From contig CBDBBG010000062.1 in the NCBI GenBank assembly GCA_965202585.1, forward strand, positions 62,001 to 115,811: a stretch of 53,811 nt of DNA, in the 5' to 3' direction. Within the stretch, counting starts at the first letter, position 1. Each line of letters starts with the position of its first letter. The DNA comes from Thalia democratica. Taxonomy: Eukaryota. This document shows, piece by piece, positions 12,481 through 24,990 of this stretch. Below the pieces are notes generated by a model. The model ran no database searches. It worked only from the letters and a program-made list of their open reading frames with translations, and had not been told where the DNA came from. The position numbers were made by a program, and so were the translations under genes.

Positions 12481-14611
12481 TTGAAACCTTACAATTTTGC
12501 ATGCACCTAGCATGTTTTCCGTCATTGCCACTAATTACCCATGTGCTTTAAGGTTTGGGTTCTATTGCATCAAAATCCGTGTGATTATTTACTTCAGCAA
12601 ACCAAATCACAATATCTTGTCCAAGCTGTTTGCAGAATTTTTCATTGGATCTATAATGTATAGAACCTTGTTGTAACCTTGTTGTGTTTGTCAAACATAA
12701 TAAATATCCAGTGTTTCTGCCCATTTACAAATCTATCTAAATCCTTGTTATTTACCGAAATTAATTAGTTTGTTTCTTCTTAAAAAGGACTATCTCTATT
12801 GCCTCCTTGAATTAATATTTTTTATTGTTTTACATAAACATGTTTCTAAGAAATGAAAATTTTACCGCTGTCACTGCGACCAATTCTTGTTTTCCTATTT
12901 TTATTGGTGTTTTGTTAATTTCGCTTGATAACTCCATTCTTTCTTTCTTTATCAATTTAAACTTTCCAAACAACGTTACATCCCTTGACCGAGCACACTA
13001 AAGTAAGTGCTAAGAATTTAGTTTTAAGCTTCTAGTACGTGCGTTTAAATGCATAACAATGGCAGCGCTTCATTTCAGGGTGAAAATTTTTGTGTGACAC
13101 CTGTAATAAACAAAACTTAAATGTTTTATGCTTTATCTAAAATGTATGATCATAATGATTTATAACTAAAAAATATTTTCTAAACGTGAAATAAATTAAT
13201 AAGTTGTAACATTTTAATTCTGTTTCTAGCTTGAATAAGTAATACCTTACATCATTTGAACCTATTGGTTCTAAACATTCTTTGGTTTCATCATACATCT
13301 TTTCCCATTATCTTTAGACACTGTTAATGTCATCCTTAAGAGTTTATTTTTCTACTTGTATTCCCTTTTGATGCATCGTAAGACGGTTGTGGCAGATATA
13401 TTCTATATTTTTTACTTTTGTCGTATTCAAGGTAATAACATATACCCTCGAATTATCTGTGTATAAGTATAAAATAAAACCTGTTTAGTTGAATAAACTG
13501 AAATGTTAACAACTTTCATTTGCATCTGAACATTTAGACAAAGATAAGATATCATCTGTTATTAAAGCCATATCATCTCCTGTACACTCACTTATTGTCG
13601 TTGTAACAGTTTTTTCTAAGCTATCTGATCTATTTCTCCAAATGTATTTAACCTTAAACGATTTTTTAAGTACTTTACACCAGCAGGCTTTAAAACCAAT
13701 TTTCTAACCAGCAGGCTCGTATAAAATTGCTAAAAGCCACTTGGCTTCCTCGAGCTCCTCTTCCGCTGTTTCCCAATTTTCCGGCACATTATTAAGGGCG
13801 TAGAACGTTTCAAACCGAAAGTTGAACTCAAGAAGTCTCTTATACCTGCAGACCAACTTGAATAAAAATAATTCACGTTTTTCTCAATCACAGTGATTGT
13901 TATGTCTTTTTTCAGATTTGCATAATAATTTGTTTGACTCATTTCTACGTGCCACCTATTTGTTTTTATTATTATTCGTTTTTATACGAAATTTATAACT
14001 GAATGCACTGCGTTGACCTCTTTGTAGGCCTTGTGGTTCAAATTGATTGACTATTCATCCACGTTTTCAATTAAGTAAAATGTAACGTATTTCTCATTGC
14101 CTTTTCATATCAAATATGTTGCATATGAAAACTAATAACTTTGTAATTGTTTATATGAATAAAACAATATGTAAATCAAGTTAACAATATTTAAGTTTTA
14201 AAATCTCCTGTTTGTTTATCTACGAAGTTTTCCTCCAGCACTTCCCACTGTAAGGCTTTCACACTATGTGCAACTTTACTAATAAAAAGCAAGTGAAATT
14301 ATTTGAGTGTTGTTTGAAGTCCGTCAGAAAACTAGAACATTTTGATAATGAATTTTATAATAAGATAAAAAAGTCTAAAAACTTTTTTGCATACCACATC
14401 TTTGTATCGCATACTTAAACACTTTTTGCCTTCTAAGATTGCAATGATTACCTTTGTAGTATTATCATAACATAAGTCTAGATTTCCCGACGTATGAAAG
14501 CTTTAAAAATTCTAATAAAACCTTTCTCTACTCTATTTTTTATTAGTATGTGCATACTATGTTCGGAGATGTCCAGTACTTTGTATAGTCCGTGAAATAT
14601 TTTTTGTTTAC

Positions 14612-14865
14612 CTGTTTAAGCCAAACTCTTTTACAAGTGAACATTTTTATTTTTTGCTGATTTTGCATAATCTAAAATTAATCAATCTTGTAAAGAAAGG
14701 TAGTTTGTCATTTGTTTTAACAATTTTTTCTTTTATAAAACATCTTGAAATTAAGTTGAATACCTTCACTAGTCTGTTGAGTCTTTGGACAAATTTCTGA
14801 TAAAAATTCCAGCCGTTTTGAAAAAGCAGCTAGTGCAGCAATCAGCCCGCAATTTTCTTTAAAAC
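14612..14865 (-). pseudogene. Calpain-like cysteine protease (CysPc) exon relic
   Basis: AG..GT-bounded segment reading GFKENCGLIAALAAFSKRLEFLSEICPKTQQTSEGIQLNFKMFY, then after a frameshift KIVKTNDKLP...YAKS; parallels calpain GDCWLLAAIASL...VP...GIFHFQFW...VVDDRLP. Confidence 0.6.
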
Positions 14866-14899
14866 CTGTTAATGAGATGTTGTGTGTTTAGCTCATTTG

Positions 14900-15330
14900 T
14901 TAACTTATTTTTATAATCCATGTTTCCAACTCTGTCTGTTGTCATGTTCGACACAGCTGCCTTGTTTTCTCCTTTTGGTCGTGCTGGCCTGACGCTTATA
15001 GTCTTTCTAAAATATATGTTAATTGATTTTTTTAAACAATTGAGTTTTCAAAACTTTGTATTTCTAATATTAGTTTTCTGCAAATTAGATGCTAAACGTT
15101 TAACCAAGCTAAAAACTCTGAACTGGCTGTTTAAAAAGCTTCATGAACATACCATCTGTGTCCAACCTCTTAATTTAAACCCGTGTCCATCCAACTTCTA
15201 AGAGGTTTTGAAATATGTTGGTCTCTTCTTATGTGAAATATCTGGGACTTACTGCCAAATTAATCAGCAGGACATGTAGAATTTCCAACAGCCACTTGGC
15301 TTCCTTAAACTCTTCTTCTTCTCTTCAGGT
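14900..15330 (-). pseudogene. Second copy of the unidentified H-x-W-x-x-H family
   Basis: Minus frames EEEEFKEAKWLLEILH and EVGHRWYVHEAF; EEAKWLL also occurs at about 13735-13775. Confidence 0.4.
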
Positions 15331-15559
15331 ATATAGTTAGGAGAATATAAGTTGTAACTGAATCTGAACTAGATCACCTAAGCTTCTCATGAACTTTCAT
15401 GTTTTTCCCCGAATCACTTGTTTCAGTTCGACTTCTGTTTTAGCGTAACGACTGCTCTTTTTTTTCACTTTTTAACTTTTTTTTGTTTGAATATGATGCA
15501 TTTGCGTTCAATATAATCTTAAATTCTTCTCCGTAAGTCTGTTTAAATTGCTCGTTAAG

Positions 15560-15810
15560 TTTTTAAGTATGTTGGATTTATGAATGTGAAATTTTTCTAG
15601 TAGACTTTCAGTGATACTAGGGTAAAAATTGATAGTTTCCAATTTTAGTAGTTCAATTTCCCTTATTCTTTGATTTAAACCATTTTAAAACCACTTCAGA
15701 GCTTACCCGTTGGTTTAACTCTTTTTATTTGTCTGGTTATATTATCGCTTATTGTTATACTAATTACTCCTATTTCTGATCCAATCGGGTAGGGCTGTTG
15801 GAAGGAATCT
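15560..15810 (-). mobile_element. PLE reverse transcriptase slice
   Basis: Minus frames SEIGVISITISDNI, LNQRVSSEVVLKWFKS and LETINFYPSITESLLEK; match the PLE SEIGxISKxIL / INQWxSTxxVxxWF / DIxxFYPSI motifs. Confidence 0.75.
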
Positions 15811-16494
15811 AAAAATTTTTTAAACTTTGAGATTTCTGTCATAAAAAAAAGTAAAATCAATATAAATAAACTTTTCCAACTTTTTTAAACTTTTTATTTT
15901 ATTTTTACTGCATCGTATGTAGATTTGTAAGCAAGAAACTTTGTAACACTATCTTTTTTGTAAGACTTTCTTTTCAATTAATTTCATTGCAGTATAATAG
16001 CTTCGAATATGTTAATTATCATTGAAGTTCTTCTCTGATTTTTGATAAATATTTCTTTTCGAGGTTTGCTTTTGAGACTTTGAAAAATGCCCGATAAAGC
16101 TTCTTTTAAAGAAGAAGTTGAATTTGTATACTCAAAAATTTATTTTAACTTAATTAACTATATCTTGGGAAATGATTTCCAAATTTCCTTTTAATGTAAA
16201 CAGTTATTTTTCAAAACTCCCTTTTTAGTTGAAAAAAAACTGTTACATATTAAAGCTGTTTTAAATATTAAACTCACCAATATTATTACCCAGAACATAT
16301 AGTTTTCTTGCACACACTATTACACTACGTATTATTTAGATTATACTTATTTTCTCGTGTTGAAGTTGTACTACTTCTCAATCTCCATTTTTGTAACTTA
16401 TGTAATCTCTTGTGTAACACTGTTTTCATGTTTTCTACTACTACATTGCTTGTTACTTATTCATAAATATTAAGCTGTCATATCTATAAATTCC

Positions 16495-16700
16495 AATTAT
16501 TAATTATTATTGGAGTTTATTTGGTGAAAATGAACTCTGGCATTAAAACCTGAGCCGCTTAAACAATACACACGGAAAAAGAAACAAACAAATTACATTC
16601 AATGAAAATTAAAAAAACTAAACAAAACATAGTAATAAAAAATTACAAACAAATAGCCCTGTATGATGAAATATAACTTGGTATACACAAAAAAAAAATA
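16495..16700 (-). mobile_element. Probable LINE 3' tail (same family as 25560-25845)
   Basis: Reverse complement reads tgtttaagcggctcaggttttaatgccagagttc...aaataaac...aataataat. Confidence 0.5.
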
Positions 16701-16719
16701 CAAATAGCAAATTTTGATA

Positions 16720-17230
16720 GAGAAGTTGTTTGGGATTTCTTGAGTACGCTGTATTTGTGCTGTTGCCATCTTTTTTTGAAAGATAACCCTGTTGATCCTA
16801 TGTATTCCTTATTCCTAATATAAACCTTATAGATACCTTTTAGTAAGCATTCTCCTTTAAAAGGGCAGACGGTTTTGTCCCTACAGTTGCAAGTCTTATC
16901 TTTTTTGTTTGAATCGTTTAAAATCCTTCTGTTATGGGTATTTATTACGTTTTTTAAGGTTTGGAAGGCAACTATATGAAATTTTAATGGTGTTCTTATT
17001 AAAGATCTTGTGAAGTTTGTTATTTCTTGGAAAATCGTACAAGATCCAAGAATTTTTTACTAATGTTTGTTTTTACAGAATTGCAGAATGGGGGGTTGAA
17101 GTAAATAGTTTTCCTGGACTTTCTGGTCTTTCTGTTGGGCTTTTAGATAGTTTCTTTGTAGCTTTTGAGTTTGTTGTATCTGCTTATAGTTAAGGCTTCA
17201 TTGTAGTCTTTTTTGATGTTATATGTTAAG
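16720..17230 (-). mobile_element. PLE C-terminal region with GIY-YIG endonuclease
   Basis: Minus frames RKTIYFNPPFCNSVKTNI...FPRNNKLHKIFNKNTIKISYSCLPNL, then CNCRDKTVCPFKGECLLKGIYKV...EYIGSTGLSFKKRWQQHK. Confidence 0.9.
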
Positions 17231-17247
17231 TCAAGCACTCAATGACT

Positions 17248-17520
17248 TACAATTAGTCTTCGAATTCTGCCCCTTACCAGAAGGATTATTTTTTGGCCTA
17301 AGCATTTGTTCTACTTTTTCTAGTTGGTTCTCAGTATTTTTTATTTTCAAACTGTTTTTCATGAGCAGCTAGACACATGTATCTAAAAAATTATTATTAA
17401 AGGTTGCTTATCTAAAGTAATAAACTTAAACGTATTTAAGTTCTATCAAAGTTGTAGTTAACCTGGATTTTAAAAGTTTTTCAGAAAATATTCTGCAACG
17501 ATAGGCGTCATTTTATTTGA
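17248..17520 (-). repeat. Exon-plus-intron block duplicated at about 44165-44450
   Basis: gaattctgccc.ttaccagaa...gacacatgtatctaaaaaattatt...aggttgcttatc...gtttttcagaaaat.ttctg occurs in both copies; gtaagt donor on the minus strand. Confidence 0.75.
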
Positions 17521-18929
17521 GTTGTTAATTAATATAAAGTTCTTTTTAAAGGTTTTTCTTTTAAGTAACAATTTTATTTAAAGTTAACAAAGTCTCACCT
17601 TTTTTGCAAAATCCGTTAAAAATAAAAAAAACTATTTTTAACTTCCCTTGTCAATCCTAAAATAAATTATTTTTAATGAATTCAAAAATTGTTCGTAAAT
17701 ATTTCCTTATCAATATAATTCGTAAAAAAAAACTCACTTCCACTAGTAATCAATATACACACTTTTTCGAATATATTGTGTCATACTCTTTACATGTCAG
17801 AATACGACAAAATGTGGTCATAAGTAAGGTTTTCACCTCGCTATCTTTAACCTCATGTCTTGTAAAGAACCGTTTCATGCTGTACATCGCAAACACGAAC
17901 AGCACGTTTCATATAGGAATAAAACAGAAGTTGTTTTTCTAGAACAACCCTAAAGATTTACCATTACTATGCAAAATCATATAGCATAATTTCAGGTATA
18001 GATCTAGCGTGGTGCCATTGAATTGCTCACACACTGCGTGAAGTATAGGATAGCTACAATCGCATTCTACCCTTTTCGAAAAAGTTGTTTCATGAATTTT
18101 AACTGCTAACAGTATAATCAACTAACTTTTTTTTACTCTCACTTTTTAGTCTTCCCACACCTCTCACTAATAGAGCCAGCCACTGCCTGTAGGATGTTCT
18201 GTCGAGGTTGGTTGAGGTTTGCTTGACACTTTTACAGGTGGGTGGTTGTGTGTTTTAAACTTTTTTAAATACATCGTCGTTTCCTATATAAAAACAGATT
18301 ATTCAAAATTTTTCTTAATTACTATAACAGTTTAAATAAACAATAAAGTAATCTCGAATTAATGCAACTGTATAGAGTAGACATTTTAACTTTCTATTTG
18401 ATCGAAAAAGCCATAAGTTGAGTCGATGCACAGCACCAACTCTGGCTTATTCCGTAGTTTTTGTTTTAAAATTCTTATATGATTTTCTTTATGAAATATG
18501 ATTCTAAACGGAAAAATGGCAAGATCTTGGACTACTCCTTTTACAATCTAAAACATAGTTTTGTTATAGATGTACAGTTTGTTCTATATTTTTGAATAAA
18601 CTTACTTTTTTTTTGTATTCATTTTCAATAAAAAAATATTCTTATGTTTATAACTTCCTATAAACATTATGGTTTCTGTCTTTATAAAACCTAGTCTTTC
18701 CAACATTTTCTATCATACATTTAATAATAATAGCAACAAATTCCATGGACTTGCAAGTTTATCTGACAATACTAAAATTCAATTGTGGAGTTAATTTCAT
18801 TGTGAATAACATTTTTGTCTTTTGAATAACAAAAGTGGAAGTCTGTCTCTATGTGTCTTATCACCGCTTTTTCTAGTTTTAATGTTTAGAGTGTTTTTTT
18901 TAAACACTTAAATTATAATAAAGTCATAC

Positions 18930-19135
18930 CATTTGAGACTTTCAGAAAATCTTCATTCATTTGAGACAGGAAATGGCACATTGTAACTCTATTTTTATCT
19001 CATCATCTCAGCAATTACTAAGTTACTGGTTTGAGCAATCTATTTGAATAAGGTGCTTGAATTAAGATTTTTTTGCAGCCCATTTTATTTTCCAACCATG
19101 GAGGCCGCTCTGTCTGAACCTGTTTATGAATATAA
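18930..19135 (-). mobile_element. hAT transposase exon relic (second catalytic Asp region)
   Basis: Minus frame GSDRAASMVGK*NGLQKNL...IDCSNQ, corresponding to hAT DGAxxMxGxxNGLQ...HCxxH; bounded by AG and GT. Confidence 0.65.
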
Positions 19136-19239
19136 GTGAAGCAAAAAATTTGGTTTTTAATAAAAAAATTGTTTTATAAAATTTGAAGTCTGTTACTACA
19201 AAAAGATTGGTAGTTTAAATACTGCCAATAAAAAATGTT

Positions 19240-19502
19240 TTCCTATAGATATTTGTTGAAAAAATGTTTTATCTTTTGTTGTCATAAAATAGCACTTGGT
19301 TGTTATCTTCCACTTCTTAAGTGAAAGAACTCTTTTCATGTATACAATTCAATTTTTGAAATATAGCTTCGTTTTAATTTTCTGTTTTGGTTTTAACTAA
19401 ACAAACGTCAACGTATCTATTGTAGAAAACCTGTGACAACAGATCTTCAGCCGTTTTAGGTCTAAATACCCGACAAAAATGTTAGCAAGTGTCAGGCCCA
19501 AT
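19240..19502 (-). mobile_element. PLE reverse transcriptase slice
   Basis: Minus frames LANIFVGYLD, FYNRYVDVC, LNCIHEKSSFT*EVEDNNQVLFYD and STNIYRK. Confidence 0.8.
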
Positions 19503-19989
19503 TTTTAGTTCATTAATTTATTTTTCTTGAACTTATTAGTTAGGTGAACGCACTAAAACTGTTTTGCAATTTTTTTGGTGTTAATCATTATCACACTAAT
19601 GTAAATACATCATTATACATGTAATTTATAAATAATTCGAATTGTTTTCTAGTACAAAGCCCACATCAGGATTTTTATTTGCACTTGTTAGCATGATTTC
19701 AGTACTAAAAACATCATAATATTTTTACTTCTTATAAGTGAATTAAGGTTGTACTATATTGAAAAAACAGTTACCATTATTTAATAACTGATAGTAAAAT
19801 GTGTTTATTGCTTTATCAATGTTCAGCAATGGACGATAAAAAACCTATTTTTGATTTTTCAAGTTGTGATAAAGAAATAAAAGTTTTTTGCCTAATTTAT
19901 TTAAATTCCAAAATTTTATATAATAAATTTAACAAAAAATACCAAAATGTCGACATTTGAATTGTTGTCATTGTGGAACTTATTGCCAA

Positions 19990-20340
19990 GTTTACATTGA
20001 CTCATCTGGTGACGTCATTATTAGTTTTTGAGTTCATAAATATTCAATAGACCTGTTTAGAAAGATGCTCGAGCTATCTGTACCTTTTGGCTTAACTGGA
20101 CGTCAATGCCAACATTACACATTAGGTTAAACGTTTACTTTTTTTGTTTTTTGATAACTAATTGAAGGCATTGAAGCACTTTTTGAAATTTTTTCATTTT
20201 TTACTCAGCAAACGTGCATAATCATACACTCTTAAATTTGAACCTGCTCGTAAAGGCATGACACTTTCTTGATTCTCTTGCACATACTATTGATCATGGT
20301 GACACCAGTTGTGGCCTGCTCTGTATAGAATTTGCAATAT
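19990..20340 (-). pseudogene. Unidentified coding relic, possible third H-x-W-x-x-H copy
   Basis: Minus frame YRAGHNWCHHDQ*YVQENQESVMPLRAGSNLRVYDYARLL; 19990-20060 is homologous to about 6340-6416. Confidence 0.3.
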
Positions 20341-21164
20341 AAAAACAAACTGATTTTAGTGTTAAATGAAATTTTTAGATTCCCAAAGGGAAGTTTTAGA
20401 TTTTTACTTTTTTGAAAAGTTTGTTTGAACTGAACATGTTAATTTTTGACGCTAATACAAATTAAAACGTCAATAATTTCTCCTTGTATTTTTTTTGCAT
20501 ACCAGACTTGAGAAAAATTCTTAATCTAGTTTCACTATTGTTAACAAAAATTTTTCTTTAAAAAATTGGCTGGGGCTGGAAAATATCTGCTCACAGTTTT
20601 AAAGTCATGCCAATGCTGTCTTTCTTTGTCTTAATTCTAGTATGACTTAATAGATTTAGCACTTGAGTTAGTTTTTTTAAGCAAAAGGTAATACCGTCTT
20701 CTGCTATTGCTGGGTGGTCAGCTTCAAGCACTTCTCCTCTACGTCATTTTTATCGAATACTTTATGATTCCTTTTTTAAACCGTTTCGTTGTATCTAGAG
20801 TATATAAAAAATTAAAAACCACAAACAAATACCATTAAAGCGGTTTTTTTGTTAAAATTAACAAAGTTTTTTTGCGCTACTTACACATATCAGTATACAA
20901 AATCTGTAAAAGAGGTGTAAGTACTTCGAGATTTAAAATATAATAATAATTTTAAAGTTAGGTCAACACTCACTTTTAAAAGCAAACATATTTTTTATAC
21001 ACGATAACGTTTATACTTTTGTTGATAACCTATTATATAAGTTTTAATAAGTTAATCAGATTTTTACGCTTTTTTTCGCTAAAGTTTATATTTTGTTTGT
21101 TTATTATTAATGGATTACATTTTTATTACAATTTATATTAAGGGTCATTTTTGCACGAGGGGAC

Positions 21165-21750
21165 GCTTTTTTGTCATCTGCGAAGAGGTTAATGTTGCTG
21201 CTAACATCAACTTCTGAAGCTATATCATTCATGTAAATAATGAATAATAGTGGGCTAATAACCCCTCCTTGAGGGACTCCATTAAAAACAGGTAAAAATT
21301 ATGAAAATGAGTTGTTAATTACTACTTTTTGAGTTCTATTATTTAGAAACTATTTATTTAGACTGCAATGAATTTTGTATTGCAATAATGCTTTATTTTT
21401 TTTATAAGTTGAGAGACAGAGTCAAAAGCTCTTACTCTGTATATATTACATAGTAGACTTAATGCTTAAAAAAGACACCAACCAAGAGTGTAAGCAATTT
21501 AGTAATTGGAAACAAACGTTTGGTTAGGGAGAAAACCTAATTTTAAATAAAAATAAAGTTATTTAAAAAAAAGATGATCAAGTATTTTCATATAAAATTT
21601 TATGTTCAAATATTCTGCAAAGCTAATTATCATAAAAATTGGTCTCTAATTTGAATGGTTGTATTTGCTACCTTTTTTGTGTATTGGTATTTCAAATAAT
21701 ATTTCTAAAGAATATCTAAAATTATGCAAACGCAAAGTTATGGGAGATCC
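21165..21750 (-). mobile_element. CR1/L2 reverse transcriptase core relic
   Basis: Minus strand, motifs in the correct order: IPIHKKGSKYNHSN*RPI, RAFDSVS, FLNNRTQKVVINNS, GVPQGGVISPLLFIIYMNDI, NLFADD. Confidence 0.92.
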
Positions 21751-21779
21751 CTCTCAAAAATTTAACTATGTTGCTATTA

Positions 21780-22060
21780 TCATTAATGTTAGAATCGAGC
21801 TGATGAATTCTATCATCGCCTGTTTATATTTTAACTGTTTACCAGCAGGCTTTATTCCCGAGACAATGTGTTCTATGCACAGGTCGCGAGAGTTTTGGGT
21901 CGATTTTATCAATTGAATAAACTCAACAAATGAGGGTGGTTGCCTGACAGAACACTATACAGAGCCTGATCTCTGCATAGTTGTTTGTTCTATCTCCACC
22001 AGTCAAAATCATTCCATGTTGGCTTCTAAGGTGAGGAGGGAAGTTAGGCTGACTTCTAAT
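21780..22060 (-). mobile_element. MULE transposase C-terminal slice
   Basis: Minus frames PNFPPHL, LTGGDRTNNYAE and PSFVEFIQLIKSTQNSRDLCIEHIVSG; match MULE FPPxLWN...RTNNxxE...PxxxxFIxxLK. Confidence 0.7.
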
Positions 22061-22589
22061 AGCTAATGTTTTTTTAAGTTGTTTTTTTGGTAAAAATTAC
22101 TTTTTAAGGTAATTTAATCAATTTTTCTTTCAAGCTTTTCTGCAGCTGAGCTTAAAAAGGAGTCGAAGATATAGATGCTTTTTTGTATTATAAACTGTTT
22201 ATAAAATCACTAAAATTATAAAATTCTATTTGACATAAAAAATTCATTCGTATACTTTTTATGAATATGATTTATTTACCTAAAATGTTTGTGTAGCACC
22301 TAATATCTTGATATTTAAGCAGGTCACTATAAATATTGTTTTGTAGTATTCAATTATAAATTCAAAGAATTTATTTCATTTGATCTAAGTTTAATTTCTT
22401 ATATATTGTTTGATACAAGAATTTAATGACTACATCAATTAAAGACTTTGAACGGTATACTGCCCTTATATTTTGTTAAGCAAAAATACTGTATGCTATT
22501 TGGAACATGAGAAATTTTCTTCTTAAAATTGAATAAATTATTTATCTCTATTTGAAAATTCGGTTTAATATTGAAAGCTATGGATCTAT

Positions 22590-22900
22590 TCGGTGAATTA
22601 AGAAAGTGATTCTCTTGTGATTGGATTGTCGAATCAACTCGATCCAATTTATTTTGTTTTCTTTTTTCATCTCGTAGCTTCCTAAAAATTTTCAGTTGTT
22701 CAATGGTTCGATCCGGATTTATGAATATTTTAACTTCAAATTCATGTATCACATATTTGAGATTTCTCAGCTTAATCAGTCTTTCTTTAGCTTTTGTGTA
22801 ATTGAGTTTACAATTATAGGTCTGACTTATCCAACTTAAAATTTACCTATACAGTATAAGGATTTTAGTTCATGTTATTCGATTTTATTTACACCTAATA
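22590..22900 (-). mobile_element. LINE (CR1/L2-type) ORF1 C-terminal slice
   Basis: Minus frames RPIIVKL and KERLIKLRNLKYVIHEFEVKIFINPDRTIEQLKIFRKLRDEKRK; typical RPIIVKF...IFINPDLT..Q...KKLREE pattern. Confidence 0.65.
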
Positions 22901-24548
22901 CTTCTTGTAGGACTTTTAAAACTTTGTAAACCCTGTAAAGGAACACCTTAATTTTTAGGAATATTAAATACGATTATATTTAATCTTTTTTTTTCAATCT
23001 GTTTTTGTTCGTTATCAGCATCTATTTTATCTTTAACAACATCTATATCTTTAACATATAGATAAAAATTTTTGACATCATCATAGTTTTTTTTATTATA
23101 AAATACATTTAAAATAGCTTAATCTTTTCACTGTTTATATACTATTTAACACAGTATTTTACCTAAAACTTAAATTTAAACTAGAAATACACCCAAAATT
23201 GTGTACTTCTAAAAACCTGGAGGAAAAGAAACTGTGATGTACTTTCTCTCCTCAATACAGTTTTTCCATATCAAATCTTTGTTTTTGGTCATTTAAAAGT
23301 AGCATTTCATCAGCTTTGGTAACATTTAAAAGATTTAAAAAGTAACTGTATTATACCTTTGCATAATTATATTCTATTTATACTTTGCTAACAACATAAT
23401 AATCTTGACCAGTGCCCGACATAACAAACTCTGTAACTGGAATAGGAGGTCTGTTAATTCCATTACCAGTAGAAGAAAACTTAAGTTCTAATGGTATACT
23501 ATAACGTTTAAATATAAAATAGTATGTGATGAACTAGTTTTACTATAATTAACTACTATTGTTAAATCATAACCTACCCTCCAAAAAAAGGGCATAGTAA
23601 TGTGGACGTTTTTTCATTTAATTTATAATGCTCCTGTTTGCATCAAGATATAACGACATTAACGGTCTTTTTTTCATTTGCTCTTTTGTAATGTCAAAAA
23701 GCTTTCGTCAGATCCTTACCACCTGGTGTTAATAGTGACTTAGAGGTGAAAACAGTTCTAGGGTTGGATGCAAAATAAGTAATTTTTATTAATTGTCAAA
23801 TTTTCTGTTCTAACATCTCTGAGCTTTTATAAATGAGTGAAAATTTTAAAGTAATTACACATTTATCAGTGAAAAACTTTAAACATACAATCTTTAATCT
23901 ATTTTTTATCTCACAAAAAAAGGCAGACTTTTTTTAAAACTAAATTAGTTTAGTAAAATTTTTTGTTTTGAACTGAACAAAAAAACATAGTTGAAGCTGT
24001 TTTTTTTTTTGACATTCAAACCTTTAACAACTACTGAAAACTGATACTTTGCTAAAAAACTCATCTTAAATAACAGAAAAAAAAACAAGTTCTAATAATC
24101 AAAATAATTTTAAAGTACAGACTTTTTAAATTTTTCAAAGAAAATGTAATACAAAAATTTTTTTTTTGATTTGTGAAACATACAAATAACATTATTTAAC
24201 AAAATTCTAGGTTAACTTTGACAAAAAAAAACAGTTTATTTATATTTTTCAAGTTCATGATAAATTCTAATTTTGATTGCAGTACAAATTGGTAAATGTT
24301 GATGAGTATTGTAATGGGATTAAAATTAGCATTAGTTAATGGTAAACAAATTTGCAAACACTTAAAAACAATATTTGATAAGTATGTACATATAAAATAT
24401 CTAAATAATTTAACACATGATAAAACATTTACAAAAAAATATATATATACAAATTATGATTATAATTATGATAGTATAGAAATACTTAAACCTTTCATAC
24501 TTGAATAACATTGAACATTAGACAATTTATATTTATAAATTTTTACTC

Positions 24549-24990
24549 ACCCAAAAATCTACTTCCTGAAATATCAGTGCTTTCGTTTAAGTAGAAAGAG
24601 CACTGCTGTAAAATCATGTCACTTATAATGAACTCTCCATATATAGGAGCAAGTACATTGACTGTCATAGAGGTACATTTTGTACGCCGAAGTGTACAAC
24701 TGTTTGGAGTATTACCAGTTGCTTTAAAAACATCAAAATTCTTGTAAGTAAAATGCTTGGTACAAGGCAAGTCTTACTTCTACTTGACGTTGTTGTATTT
24801 TTATATCTGTAATGCAATCATCATCTTTTGCAGAAGGTTGTGGTAATAATTCATGCAATAGGTGCTTATTTGTTTTTACGTGCATTTTTATTGTATATTT
24901 CTTTAGGAGTAATTGAATTTTACTTTTTTTACAGTGATCCCTGTTCCCATCATCCCATGGCTGAATCCAGTCTAAAAGTTGCCATGTTTA
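24549..24990 (-). mobile_element. hAT transposase N-terminal exon relic
   Basis: Minus frames DWIQP...HVKTNKH, VEVRLALY and LRRTKCTSMTVNVLAP...FYLNESTDISG, then a gtgagt donor; RTKCT..NVLAP and DESTDIS are hAT motifs. Confidence 0.8.

Noticed and set aside
17700-18130. SWIM-finger/MULE relic
   Set aside because: Only a weak CDC...H resemblance; not enough to call.
21659-21916. Plus-strand 85-aa ORF
   Set aside because: Spans the antisense of the CR1 and MULE slices.
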